From positions 18,229 through 82,228 of the IMG/VR virus record IMGVR_UViG_3300032007_000060: a stretch of 64,000 bases of DNA; one strand, 5' to 3'. Positions 29,095 to 39,022 of the stretch are shown here, one piece after another. A program made the translations under genes and the position numbers. This stretch comes from a virus. Lineage: Duplodnaviria > Caudoviricetes. A model generated the notes under the pieces. That model did not search any database and was not told where the DNA came from. It saw nothing but the letters and a program-made list of their open reading frames with translations. Numbering within the stretch: position 1 is the first letter of the stretch; every line of letters begins with the position of its first letter.

Positions 29095-30132
29095 ATGTAT
29101 CACAGTAAACTATTCACAAAATTTTGTAAAGACCGAAACGTTAAAAAAAGCACCAAAAAAGGTTATGAATCCGCATTAAAAAATTATACCCGATACCATA
29201 ACCAAACAATTGAAGAACTAATACAAGAAGCCCAAACTGATGAAAAAAACAAAATAATCCTAAAAGATAGAAAAATCAAAAAAAGATTACTCAAATACAG
29301 GACCTATTTATTCAGCAGCAACAAATCACCAAACACAATTAAAACATACTTCACTAGGGTAAAAACATTCTATGCTCATTTTGAAATTGAAATCCCAAAG
29401 TTACCTGATGCAAAATATGATAAAATCTATGAAACCAACTACATGGACCTACCTACAAAAGAAGATATCCGCAAAGTATTAGATTTGGTAACAGTAGACC
29501 TCCGCAGCATAATATTATTCATGTCATCTTCAGGAACTGCCAAGGCAGAAACATTAAGCATTACCATAGAACAATTCATCAATGGAACACGTGACTACCA
29601 CAATGGTGGAACCATCCAACAAATACTAGAAACATTATCAAAAAAGAATAATATAATTCCAACATTCTATTTGAAAAGAATCAAGACAGATAAATACTAT
29701 TACACTTTCTGTTCCCCTGAAGCTGCATCCGAAATCGTCAAATATCTTCAAGTCAGAAGTGACTTGAAACTTGATGATCCACTTTTCAACTTCACACCAG
29801 GAACATTATTAACTCGATTCCAAGAAATAAATGACCAACTCGGATGGGGATTTAAAGGCAGTTATAGGTTCTTTAGAAGTCATACCTTACGGAAATTTCA
29901 TGCAAGTAATATAGGATTATCTGCTGAATATATTGACAGTTTACAGGGCCGTAGTAAAAATGAGATACATGAAACATATATTAAAACCAATCCTGAAAAG
30001 TTAAAGGAAATCTACCAATCCGCAATGCATAATGTAATGATATATAACAAACCACGTGAAGAACATGTTACTCAAGAATTCACAATAGTGATTAATGTAT
30101 TCTTATCAGGTAAAGAGTATAATATAATTTAA
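29095..30132 (+). CDS. tyrosine recombinase B (candidate invertase)
   Basis: SSGTAKAE, KRIKT, RSHTLRKFH, LQGR, ETY; paralog of recombinase A; 1.7 kb from the shufflon. Confidence 0.85.
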   Translation: MYHSKLFTKFCKDRNVKKSTKKGYESALKNYTRYHNQTIEELIQEAQTDEKNKIILKDRKIKKRLLKYRTYLFSSNKSPNTIKTYFTRVKTFYAHFEIEIPKLPDAKYDKIYETNYMDLPTKEDIRKVLDLVTVDLRSIILFMSSSGTAKAETLSITIEQFINGTRDYHNGGTIQQILETLSKKNNIIPTFYLKRIKTDKYYYTFCSPEAASEIVKYLQVRSDLKLDDPLFNFTPGTLLTRFQEINDQLGWGFKGSYRFFRSHTLRKFHASNIGLSAEYIDSLQGRSKNEIHETYIKTNPEKLKEIYQSAMHNVMIYNKPREEHVTQEFTIVINVFLSGKEYNII

Positions 30133-30140
30133 AAAAAAAT

Positions 30141-30180
30141 AAGGGCCAACCATACGAACTTAATCGTACAGTTGACCCCT
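30141..30180 (+). terminator. stem-loop downstream of recombinase B
   Basis: AGGG.CAAC..TACGA-loop-TCGTA..GTTG.CCCT, next to an A-tract, between convergent genes. Confidence 0.4.
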
Positions 30181-30633
30181 AATTTATATAAATTCTTCAA
30201 AAAAAAAGAAATTGGATAGTTAAGAGATTACTCTCATTTTTTTTATGGAATAATAATATTATCGTTCTTTTTTAAATAAACTAGGTAATTTCATAGTTTC
30301 AAAAAAATATTTAGTTTTACATCTCGTATTCTTTTCGTATTCTCTACTACTTATAATACAGATGAATCCAAAAAGTTTCTTTTTTTTGTTGAATTTACAT
30401 TTATAATATTAGAAATTCATTTTATCTTATTGTAACTTTTTTAAATCGGCTTCTAGTAATGCAATTTCCTCTTCAATCTCAGCATGTTCCTTATCAGAAG
30501 TACATACAATTAATCTATGATTCAAAGCTTTGATTTGAGCACGAATTATATTTCGTTGAGAGGTTTTATTCAGTACTTTGGTTTCCATATCACTCAACAT
30601 AATATTTAATCTCCTTTCCTCTAAAACAATATT

Positions 30634-30822
30634 TTATTGAACATAGTTTTTATATACTCTTTCGGTTCTATCTGAAATATCATGCTTATGTCTTTCTATA
30701 TTTAATGCGACTTGAGCATCTAATACTTCATCAGTTAAACCTTCCTTTTCGTATTGTTTATTAATTTTTCTTTGTCTATTTCTAAATTGAACTCTTTTCA
30801 CAAATTTTGATAACTTGTTCAT
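30634..30822 (-). CDS. hypothetical protein in lysis region
   Basis: 62-aa ORF with GGAG RBS directly after the endolysin. Confidence 0.55.
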   Translation of the reverse strand: MNKLSKFVKRVQFRNRQRKINKQYEKEGLTDEVLDAQVALNIERHKHDISDRTERVYKNYVQ

Positions 30823-30847
30823 TTATTTTCCCTCCATAGAAAACTAA

Positions 30848-31732
30848 TTAACCATTATACAGATATGCTACACTTTTCTGACTAATACCATTAATATATC
30901 TTTTCTGTGTACTTTTTGTTCTGGTTTCAATATAACCACAATATGTGCCTGAGCCGCAGCTGTCTCCCAGACTGTTTAAGATTTTTAAATCATCACTAAC
31001 AGTTTTAATGACTTCATAATGACCCCATTGGTCACGATAGAGCAAATGGAAAAATACTGCTCCTTTACTTATCATGGTTTTGATTTTATCCCATGATAAT
31101 TCAGAGAAGTTGTACCAACTGATCTTAACATTTTTACTGTATTTTTTGTTGAACATTGCAACTGCAGTATTAATACCTTGATGTCCGGTGCCGTCACTGG
31201 TAGTTGAGGCCCATCCTGCGATTGTTTTTTCGGATACTTTTATTCCAGTTAGGCGATAGAATGCTTGTTGTAGACTGTTACATGCACAGTAGTATCCAGT
31301 GCATTGGCCCATTCCTGAACAACCATGTTCTGTTAAATATTCATGTAATTTAGGTATTTTTTCATATGAAACTTTTATTTTACTTGGATTTTTTCCATGT
31401 TGTTTTCTGTAAGAAGTTAATGTTTTTGCAATGTTTCGGTATGATGCTCTGTTGTATTTGTTAACTCCGCTTGAACCCATGACATAACCAGGTAAATTTT
31501 CTTTAGCAGTTTTGCTAATAACATCTTCCATGAAACGGCTGATATATTCATCATGACCGTAATCTGTACCGTTCTTTTTGATTAATGCTATAATGTCTTT
31601 GTAACTTTTTTTCTTTCCGTTAATGGTTATACTATCTGAATGTTTGAATGATTTGCCGGATTTAATTAATTTGTAGGCTACTCTGCATAATACATTCTTA
31701 CAACCTTTGTAGCTTAGTTCTTTTGTTGCCAT
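30848..31732 (-). CDS. endolysin: pseudomurein-binding repeat plus C39-like peptidase (PeiR-like)
   Basis: PMBR-like YRNIAKTLTSYRKQHGKNPSKIKV; catalytic YYCACNSLQQ, WGHYEVI, ILNSLG. Confidence 0.75.
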   Translation of the reverse strand: MATKELSYKGCKNVLCRVAYKLIKSGKSFKHSDSITINGKKKSYKDIIALIKKNGTDYGHDEYISRFMEDVISKTAKENLPGYVMGSSGVNKYNRASYRNIAKTLTSYRKQHGKNPSKIKVSYEKIPKLHEYLTEHGCSGMGQCTGYYCACNSLQQAFYRLTGIKVSEKTIAGWASTTSDGTGHQGINTAVAMFNKKYSKNVKISWYNFSELSWDKIKTMISKGAVFFHLLYRDQWGHYEVIKTVSDDLKILNSLGDSCGSGTYCGYIETRTKSTQKRYINGISQKSVAYLYNG

Positions 31733-31822
31733 AGTTTATCACATCCTTTTTTTAAATTTTTAAATATTATTTCTTCCAAAAAAAATGAATTTTCTATTTT
31801 TTATGTTTTATTCATGGAATCA

Positions 31823-32167
31823 TCAGCAAATACCTCCTCAATACAGATTAAAGTTAAAGGAAAAAAACTTGTTGAACAATTAAACAATAATAAAATAAAA
31901 GTATATGTTATAGATGGAACTCATGTTTGTATTGGAATATATGGTGATTCATTTACTTTAACTGGTCAAAATACCACGATTGGTACGGTAAGTAATCTAT
32001 ACAAACCATTAGCAAGACAAGTAGTACTTGCACATAACTCCATTAATTCAGATAAGTTGTTCTTTTATGAAACAGGTGAGATCATATATGTGAGACTTAC
32101 TGGAAGTGCTACAACTGGTACTGTGAATAGTGGATTTTATTGTCCTTTGTTAAATCCATTGTATTAA
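31823..32167 (+). other. silent tail-fibre tip cassette 1 (114 aa)
   Basis: starts in frame at TCAGCAA (SANTSSIQIKVKG); YKP motif; homologous to the C-terminus of 33536..34423. Confidence 0.85.
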
Positions 32168-32176
32168 CGTACATAT

Positions 32177-32512
32177 TCAGCAAGTACTCAGAATACACAG
32201 GTTAATGTTACTGGATGGAAAAGAGTAGTGTATTACAGTAACAATAATAATAATTTTGAAATTTGGACTGACGGAAGATTAGCCACATATATTGTGAATA
32301 CAAATAATTTCTCTGTATCTGCTAACGTTTCTCAAACATTAACTTCCTTTGATAATAAATATGCTCCAATATATGTAGTTGGAATAAAAACAATTAATAA
32401 TCATCAAAAAACTGCAGTAATAGTTGATAATCAAGTGTATATACAATCTACAGATACTGATGGTAATATGTGGGGTACTGCAACAGTACTATTAAAAAAG
32501 TCACTATATTAA
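32177..32512 (+). other. silent tail-fibre tip cassette 2 (111 aa)
   Basis: SASTQNTQVNVTGWK...KYAP...; in frame from TCAGCAA, no start codon at the site. Confidence 0.85.
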
Positions 32513-32521
32513 CAATATTAT

Positions 32522-32842
32522 TCAGCAAATAATTCATCTATCCAAGTAAAAGTAGGAGGATGGCAATCCCGAGGAACCATTGCAACTGGTGTCAAATTAT
32601 ATGTAAATGGAGAAACAAGAACTGCAATGGTAACGGGAGTTAATATATCTCTTTCTGCAGGTGCTGAGGAACAGACTATTGCTGAAATTCCATCTGCATA
32701 TGCTCCTATTGAAAGTACAGTTACAGGAACTGCATTTAATTATGAAAGAGTAATGGTTAGAACTAATAATCGAGCGGTTAATGTTTATAATTTTAATAAG
32801 AGTATTACAGGATTATCATTTACTATTCTATATCCTTATTAA
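32522..32842 (+). other. silent tail-fibre tip cassette 3 (106 aa)
   Basis: SANNSSIQVKVGGWQ...IPSAYAP...LYPY*. Confidence 0.85.
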
Positions 32843-32856
32843 AATAAAGAATCTCT

Positions 32857-33183
32857 TCAGCAAATACTGCATCCATTCAAATTAAAGCGGATGGATGGAG
32901 AACCATCTCTACTGCTAAAGGAACATTAGAAGTTAATGAAGCATTACAATTAGCTCATTTTACATGCAGTGAAAATGTTAGCTTCCCTACCACTTCATGG
33001 CAGTTTATTGAAAAAAATAATATCCCTTCACAATATAAACCATCAAGATACATAAATGATGTTAATTTTATAGGTAGTGGCAATCAGGTATATGCTGCGC
33101 AAATCACTAAACAAGGTCATGTAATGGGATACTCCAATTATGGGAACGCTCTTATTACAATGGATGTAACTTGGAAATATTAA
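32857..33183 (+). other. silent tail-fibre tip cassette 4 (108 aa, absent from ORF track)
   Basis: translated by hand: SANTASIQIKADGWR...IPSQYKP...MDVTWKY*. Confidence 0.85.
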
Positions 33184-33212
33184 AACTAAACTTCTATATT
33201 CTATTGAATTAT

Positions 33213-33539
33213 TCAGCAAATACCCACAACACAATACAAATCCTTGTAACTGGATTTAAACAAGTACAATCACTTGAAAATGATAAAATTAAAGTATACT
33301 TCAACGGAAGAACAGTATATATTGATATATGGGGAACATTCAACATGACAAGTGGAAGTGTGGGTACAATAACCACAATATCTAAAGAATATGCTCCAAA
33401 AGGTAAAGGAGGTGTTTATTCAAGTCCTTATCCTGCAGGTTCTGAAAAAGTATTTATCAATTCAGATGGTCAGATACAATATTATCCTGGTGGATCAAAC
33501 AAAAGCATTTATGCAACATTACAATATACAATAAGTTAA
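33213..33539 (+). other. silent tail-fibre tip cassette 5 (108 aa)
   Basis: SANTHNTIQILVTGFK...KEYAP...IYATLQYTIS*; stop overlaps the stop of the expressed gene. Confidence 0.85.
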
Positions 33540-34423
33540 TATTTCCATTGTAACGTAGCATAAACCCCCACATTAGTTATTGCAGATCCAGTATAACTAT
33601 ATCTAGATACTTTCCCATTCTCGTTGACTTGAACAATTGCTCTATTCCCTACAAATATATGACTAACAACGGGGGTAGCTGGTCGGTATCCTGCAGGCAC
33701 TACAAATCCTCCGAACTCTTCGGGGTTTGCAGTAATAATTGTTGATGCAATATGAATTCGGAGTTCACATAATTCATGATTATATGAGAAAGTATAATCA
33801 GAATTGTTTGTTGGTGTTTTCCAACCTTTAACATTAATTTGAGTTTGAGAATTATTTGCTGAAAACGTGGTTAATCCCCAAGTGTCTGCAGTATAACTCA
33901 ATTGAAAAGTACCATTAACACCAGTTGTTCCAGACTTCCAAGTCGAGTTATTCTTCAAGACAGGAACAGTCACACCAGTCACTGGTCGACCTGTGGCCCT
34001 GTTAGTAACTTTCACTGTAATATTAACACTACTGTCAATATTCACATTATATGCTGAAGCTGTGATTTGATAATCATATAAATTAATAATCTGACTTACC
34101 GGATGAGTGTGACTTGCTGGAGCATAAGCGGATAACTGTGAGACTTTTGCAAAATCAGAAGATACGAAACCGGATAGTTTAGTTGCATTAATTTCTTTAG
34201 ATTCATTAATATTCTCAAGTATTTCCTCTAATCTTTCCTCTGTGAAATATGTTTCATCAATTACTGCTAATTGTGCCTGCATTTCTGCTAATGTTTCAGC
34301 ATTTGCTACACTAATACTTCCGAGATTATCTCCGCTTGTTGAGATAACAGTTACTTCTGCTCCGATGATTCTTCCATCATCTTCGCTATATGTTCTTACA
34401 TTAAAATCAACCATTGTTACCAC
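33536..34423 (-). CDS. tail fibre / receptor-binding protein, expressed allele (187-aa constant part plus 108-aa variable tip)
   Basis: ASHTHP fibre motif, Ig-like segment, crossover at TTF-SANNSQTQINVKGWK, tip with PAGYRP. Confidence 0.85.
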   Translation of the reverse strand: MVTMVDFNVRTYSEDDGRIIGAEVTVISTSGDNLGSISVANAETLAEMQAQLAVIDETYFTEERLEEILENINESKEINATKLSGFVSSDFAKVSQLSAYAPASHTHPVSQIINLYDYQITASAYNVNIDSSVNITVKVTNRATGRPVTGVTVPVLKNNSTWKSGTTGVNGTFQLSYTADTWGLTTFSANNSQTQINVKGWKTPTNNSDYTFSYNHELCELRIHIASTIITANPEEFGGFVVPAGYRPATPVVSHIFVGNRAIVQVNENGKVSRYSYTGSAITNVGVYATLQWKY

Positions 34424-34425
34424 CT

Positions 34426-36852
34426 TTATACTTTGTATTCTATCCAGTTTTGTTTAATTCTTACTTGTTTATCCGTATTCTCTCCTCTTGTTGCAGTATA
34501 ACCAATAGCAATACCTACATCTTCAAGGTTTGGAGTATAGATTACTTCCAAAGTATCATTTGGGTTTAGTATTGTACTGTAATCATTATCATTGATTATG
34601 TCAAAGATTATTATTCCTTTTGTATAATCTACTGTGAAATCAGTATCCTCTACAAGTTCTATTTCATTATCAGTATCCTTATTCAGGATGACGCTACGGA
34701 TAGGGTCGACTGGTGAAACACGTAACGGTACTTGACGAGTTTCAAGTATTGAGTCACCAACTATGAAATCCTGTTTGAAATAATCAATAACTAATGGATT
34801 GTTAATATACTTACCAGTACTGCTATTGTATACTTGACCTATTTCTGATTGTACAAGGTCTTGTATGAATACTGGATTATAACTGAATGTTATACTTCCT
34901 ACTGGTAATTTAGCGATTACTGCTTCATCTAATACTATAGTGTCATTGGTATAATCTACATTATAATCGTACCATTCACCAAGGTTCCATGAGCCCTCGT
35001 CTCCTCTTGGTTGGAGTGAACATTCAAGGATTGGATATGCTGGACTATTCTTAAGATGGAATGGAGTGTATACTTTATTATCTTCTTCATCTAATGTCCA
35101 GAAGCTCATACCATGCTCTTCCTCAAGGTCATCTTCCCATGGTAATACATATACTCTTTGTTCCCTTAGTAATTCAATAGCGGAAGGATTATCAATGAGA
35201 TACTGGTAACGTACATCCAAATCATCATCAGTAATCTTATCCTCATCTAAACCAGTAATCCAAGTATACTCATCTAATTCCTCTGCAGTGATTACTATGA
35301 AATGGTCAATTACTTGTTTTTCCTGGATGACTTCAATCTTACAATCAGTACTTGGATCAATGTTGACTGGTGCGAAAATACGGCCCCAATGTGACGCTCC
35401 TAACATGGCACCAGTTTTTGGGTAATAGTATTTAGTACGCACATACATTTGTTTTGGTAATCCACTGGTGAAGCTTGCTGTAATCTCTTGTATTGCAGGG
35501 GATTTAGTGTTATTAGTAGTCCACATTTTCACTCGGATAAATAATGTTCTTGGGTAGTTTCCTTCACTATCTGGACTGAATGCTTTCTTATGATTAGTTA
35601 ATGTACTCCATGTTCGACCGTCTACAGATACTTCATATTGTAGTTTTCCAGGATAACTTGAAGAATCCCCACTATCAGTACAGCTCAATGTGACTTCACT
35701 AAATGGATTGGTGTGTATTGGTTTCAAGTATAACCAATGGTCTCCAGTTACATATGTTGATGAGTCTTGTCTGATATTTAATTGGAATGCAAAATCAGAT
35801 GGTGTTAAACGGCCGAGATAATAATCTACTTTTAAGTCATTACGTCCGTATCTTTCCCATGTTCTTCCATTATTGTTACTGAGGAATGCATCTCCACCCA
35901 TATACTTTGAGTTTTCACAGTTACGACCCCATCCACCAACACGAGGACATTTACTCCAATTACTTAATGGGGACATAAAGACAAGGGCATATGATTCTCC
36001 AGCTTCAACTCTTGGAGGTTGAGGGAACGCAATGCTTACGAAACCTGGTTCAACAATACTTGGGTCAAATGCAGTTTCAGCAATACAATTATAAGGGTCA
36101 CCATCAGGCCAAGCAATAGTTTCAGTTTCACCAGCAACAGGAGTATTAGTTTGAGTTTTAGGGTCCCAAGTCATTTTAGGAACAGTAATTTCTTTTGTTT
36201 TCCATAACTGAACAATCAATGGACTTCCCCAATTACCATTATTACTACCATTATTAGCAATATGTAACGCTACCGCTTCTAATTTACCTCCTTTCCCTGA
36301 AGGCACAGTGAATGTTTGAGCACGGCAAACACTTGGGATTCCTTCAAGTTTATTATCCATAATCCAATCACTACGAAGAGTATAGGTTTCATTTTTATCA
36401 AAACCCACATACCAATGAGTGTTGATTTGACCTTCCGCCCAATTCTTAACTGACTGGTCTAATGTACCTGGAGTATTCGGCAATACAACCTGATCCACTA
36501 TGGTACCGGTAGTGTCATCAACATAATGGTCAATAACTGCAGTGGATTTATCACGGTCAACTACAGTATCATCATCAAAAGTAATAGTCCTTGATTTATT
36601 GGTATCAGTATCAAAGATGATTTCATTCTCAGTTGTTTGCATAAATCCATAACTGACTGTAGCATCTATTGGTATTGGATTAAATCGTTTACGTACTGCT
36701 GGTGGAGTGAGATATTCCACTTCATCTAATTTTTGTTTTAAGTATTCATCGTTTTGACAAATCTGCCTGAATAATTCTACTGTAGGATACATTTGCTCGC
36801 TGAAGGATTGTATCCTATTCAAATTCCTATATCGTGGTTCACAATTAACCAT
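34426..36852 (-). CDS. virion tail/baseplate structural protein
   Basis: 808-aa beta-rich ORF within the tail operon. Confidence 0.55.
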   Translation of the reverse strand: MVNCEPRYRNLNRIQSFSEQMYPTVELFRQICQNDEYLKQKLDEVEYLTPPAVRKRFNPIPIDATVSYGFMQTTENEIIFDTDTNKSRTITFDDDTVVDRDKSTAVIDHYVDDTTGTIVDQVVLPNTPGTLDQSVKNWAEGQINTHWYVGFDKNETYTLRSDWIMDNKLEGIPSVCRAQTFTVPSGKGGKLEAVALHIANNGSNNGNWGSPLIVQLWKTKEITVPKMTWDPKTQTNTPVAGETETIAWPDGDPYNCIAETAFDPSIVEPGFVSIAFPQPPRVEAGESYALVFMSPLSNWSKCPRVGGWGRNCENSKYMGGDAFLSNNNGRTWERYGRNDLKVDYYLGRLTPSDFAFQLNIRQDSSTYVTGDHWLYLKPIHTNPFSEVTLSCTDSGDSSSYPGKLQYEVSVDGRTWSTLTNHKKAFSPDSEGNYPRTLFIRVKMWTTNNTKSPAIQEITASFTSGLPKQMYVRTKYYYPKTGAMLGASHWGRIFAPVNIDPSTDCKIEVIQEKQVIDHFIVITAEELDEYTWITGLDEDKITDDDLDVRYQYLIDNPSAIELLREQRVYVLPWEDDLEEEHGMSFWTLDEEDNKVYTPFHLKNSPAYPILECSLQPRGDEGSWNLGEWYDYNVDYTNDTIVLDEAVIAKLPVGSITFSYNPVFIQDLVQSEIGQVYNSSTGKYINNPLVIDYFKQDFIVGDSILETRQVPLRVSPVDPIRSVILNKDTDNEIELVEDTDFTVDYTKGIIIFDIINDNDYSTILNPNDTLEVIYTPNLEDVGIAIGYTATRGENTDKQVRIKQNWIEYKV

Positions 36853-36879
36853 AATTATACACCATTATATTATTTTTTT

Positions 36880-37542
36880 TTATTTTGTTTCTATGATAAT
36901 ATTCTCCAAATTCGGATTACTATTACGTGTAGTATGAATATATAAGTTTTTAGTTTGAATTGAATAATAATAAGAACCGACTGTTGATTCAACATCTTCA
37001 ATACTGGACACAACTCTCAAACCACTGTTAGTATCCTTCTCCGTGACACCTACAACCAGTGCAGGTTCCGCTATCCAGTATGTATAATTCTTATCTGCTA
37101 CTTTGTTGAAATCTTTCCTGATGCTGCCTGTTGTTATTTCAAAAGTATAAGTCACATCTACTTCACCTATACTATCTTCCAGGAATGAGCTTGTCATTTT
37201 CTCATAAATATCATGACTGATTAATACATCATCATTAGCAACACCAATTTCACAGGTACCTAATACTTCACCGGCCTCGAATGTGGCCTCAAGTATGATC
37301 CGTTTATTGTTCAAATCAACACTTGATGTAACTTGTTTTTTGACAGTTAAATTACCAAGATTTACATCTGATTTTTTCGGCCTCGCATTGGATGAACCTA
37401 ACATTATATATTTAATTGGTTCAAAATGTTGATTCACTGCTCGATTCATAAAAAAAGACTCACCTAATAGAGTAATAAGATTATTACCTTCAAGGATTAT
37501 CTTATCTTTTTGTTTAAAAATATAACTTCCTTTTATTTTCAT
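36880..37542 (-). CDS. baseplate/tail-collar-associated protein
   Basis: GNNLITLLGE...IKYIMLGSS...EIGV pattern typical of tail-fibre-proximal proteins. Confidence 0.5.
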   Translation of the reverse strand: MKIKGSYIFKQKDKIILEGNNLITLLGESFFMNRAVNQHFEPIKYIMLGSSNARPKKSDVNLGNLTVKKQVTSSVDLNNKRIILEATFEAGEVLGTCEIGVANDDVLISHDIYEKMTSSFLEDSIGEVDVTYTFEITTGSIRKDFNKVADKNYTYWIAEPALVVGVTEKDTNSGLRVVSSIEDVESTVGSYYYSIQTKNLYIHTTRNSNPNLENIIIETK

Positions 37543-37814
37543 AATAGTTTCACATCCTTACCTTTTATCTTTAAACAGGTATGAATTTCCAAATCATTCT
37601 TCTCAGACATTTCCTCTGTAGCTAAATTCACATGAATACGAGTTGATAAAGGCATTAATTTCTGTAATCTTTTCTGCAAACTATCTGCCGTTTCGGTTTG
37701 TATATTCGACGGAATATCAGAGGGGTTAAAACTGATTTCGTAATTGTTTGGTGTCCAATCTGGTTCATGTCTTATTATTTTACAATTAGGATTTCGTGGC
37801 AAAAATATCACCAA
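37539..37814 (-). CDS. hypothetical baseplate-region protein
   Basis: 91-aa ORF coupled to the downstream gene. Confidence 0.5.
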   Translation of the reverse strand: MVIFLPRNPNCKIIRHEPDWTPNNYEISFNPSDIPSNIQTETADSLQKRLQKLMPLSTRIHVNLATEEMSEKNDLEIHTCLKIKGKDVKLL

Positions 37815-37838
37815 TTATTTTTTTATTATTTTTTCTTG

Positions 37839-37949
37839 TTATTCTTCTTCTAATGCACATTTGTTTTTCACTAGGTAGCAGCATTTTTCTAAGTCATGGT
37901 CGCAGGTTCGTCTGTAACAGCAGCCGTCACAGAATTCTTCTTTTTTCAT
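37839..37949 (-). CDS. small Cys-rich peptide (36 aa, not in ORF track)
   Basis: GGAG RBS then MKKEEFCDGCCYRRTCDHDLEKCCYLVKNKCALEEE*. Confidence 0.5.
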   Translation of the reverse strand: MKKEEFCDGCCYRRTCDHDLEKCCYLVKNKCALEEE

Positions 37950-38056
37950 TTTAATCAACTCCATTGAGAATTTTTTTGATGAATTATTATAAGTATGAAT
38001 ATTTCTTGGGAAATGGTGTTGGTGATTTAAATATAAAAGCTGAATGTAACTTAGTA

Positions 38057-38515
38057 ACAGAAATATTCGCTCTTCAAGATTGTTGGGATTACGATACCAC
38101 TACCCGTAACCTTGCACCAAACAGTAGTCTAAGCCAAATTGACAGTTTCGCATTCACTAATACTGGTGATTGGGAAGTGGAATGGATAATGAGATTACCA
38201 TCTGGTAAAAGTAGGGTAGTATTATACAATCCAAGCAATGCCAATGTCTTTTTAGGAGTGGGAGCAAGTGAAAACAATAACCGTGTTATTTACTGGTATG
38301 GTCATGAAGATGGAGAAACTCCTTATTCATACAATACCGATTACACTATAAAAATCCAAAAAGATGGCAGTAACTTTAAAATATACTCACAAGGGTCATT
38401 ATTAAAGACTATGACTTATAGTGATTTACTGAATACTTCTACCATCAATTTAGGTTTAAGGAATTGGGGTAGTGGAACTGGAACAATCCGTAATGTAAAG
38501 ATTAAACCATTATAA
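38057..38515 (+). other. silent alternative C-terminal domain (152 aa) of the adhesin
   Basis: TEIFALQDC...GTIRNVKIKPL* parallels the adhesin's TEIFALQDC...SKIKNVKFKSL*; tail-to-tail stops at 38510-38515. Confidence 0.85.
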
Positions 38516-39022
38516 TGATTTGAATTTTACATTCTTGATTTTTGAAGTTCCACTTGCACCCCATCTCATCATAGACATACAGTAATCAGTATAATTATCA
38601 ATCCAAGACAATATGAATGAGCCTATTAAATTATCATCAACATAAACACTTATGCTTGTTTCATCTTTAACAAATTTGACAGTATGATAAGTTCCTGATG
38701 TGGCAGTAACCGATGGGAAACCTACACTTTGACTGCTATTGTTCTCCCTTTTACCGAAAGCCATTTGATTATTTCTTAACATATCCAAGTAAATCGCATA
38801 TTGTGGTTGTGTTGTACCACTACTGTATTGTGTCTTTGGCATAATGAAGAAACGATGTTCCCCAGTACTAGTGTTATCAGACCATATATCAAAACTTATT
38901 TCACATTTGCTTGGTAATGATTGGCTTAAACTGTTATCATAGATTGTTGAACCATTGGTGGAACTTCGAGTAACTTCGGCAGTATTATAGTAACTGCAAT
39001 CTTGAAGAGCGAATATTTCTGT
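38057..39022. repeat. perfect 26-bp inverted repeat bounding an invertible segment
   Basis: ACAGAAATATTCGCTCTTCAAGATTG at 38057-38082 (+) and 38997-39022 (-). Confidence 0.9.

Larger units (their letters stand above)
31822..33863. repeat. six shufflon crossover sites, consensus TTCAGCAAATA
   Basis: + strand at 31822, 32176, 32521, 32856, 33212; - strand at 33853-33863; the 7-bp core TCAGCAA is invariant and always in the Ser-Ala-x frame. Confidence 0.9.

Noticed and set aside
31822-33539. Regularly spaced short repeats resembling a CRISPR array
   Set aside because: Repeats are only 11 bp, and the ~330-bp intervals are homologous coding cassettes rather than 30-40-bp spacers
31814-33539. ORF-track calls 31814, 32228, 32627 and 33171 as independent genes
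   Set aside because: Their starts are internal or incidental, and homology begins at the TCAGCAA site; cassette 1's in-frame ATG three codons upstream has no evident RBS
31814-34423. Diversity-generating retroelement acting on the tail fibre
   Set aside because: No reverse transcriptase in the window and no TR/VR pair differing only at adenines; the cassettes are highly diverged throughout
37964-38056. 5' extension of the + strand ORF 37964..38515 as a real gene start
   Set aside because: No clear RBS; the upstream codons mirror the adhesin's constant region, so it is better read as a silent cassette (independent expression not fully excluded)
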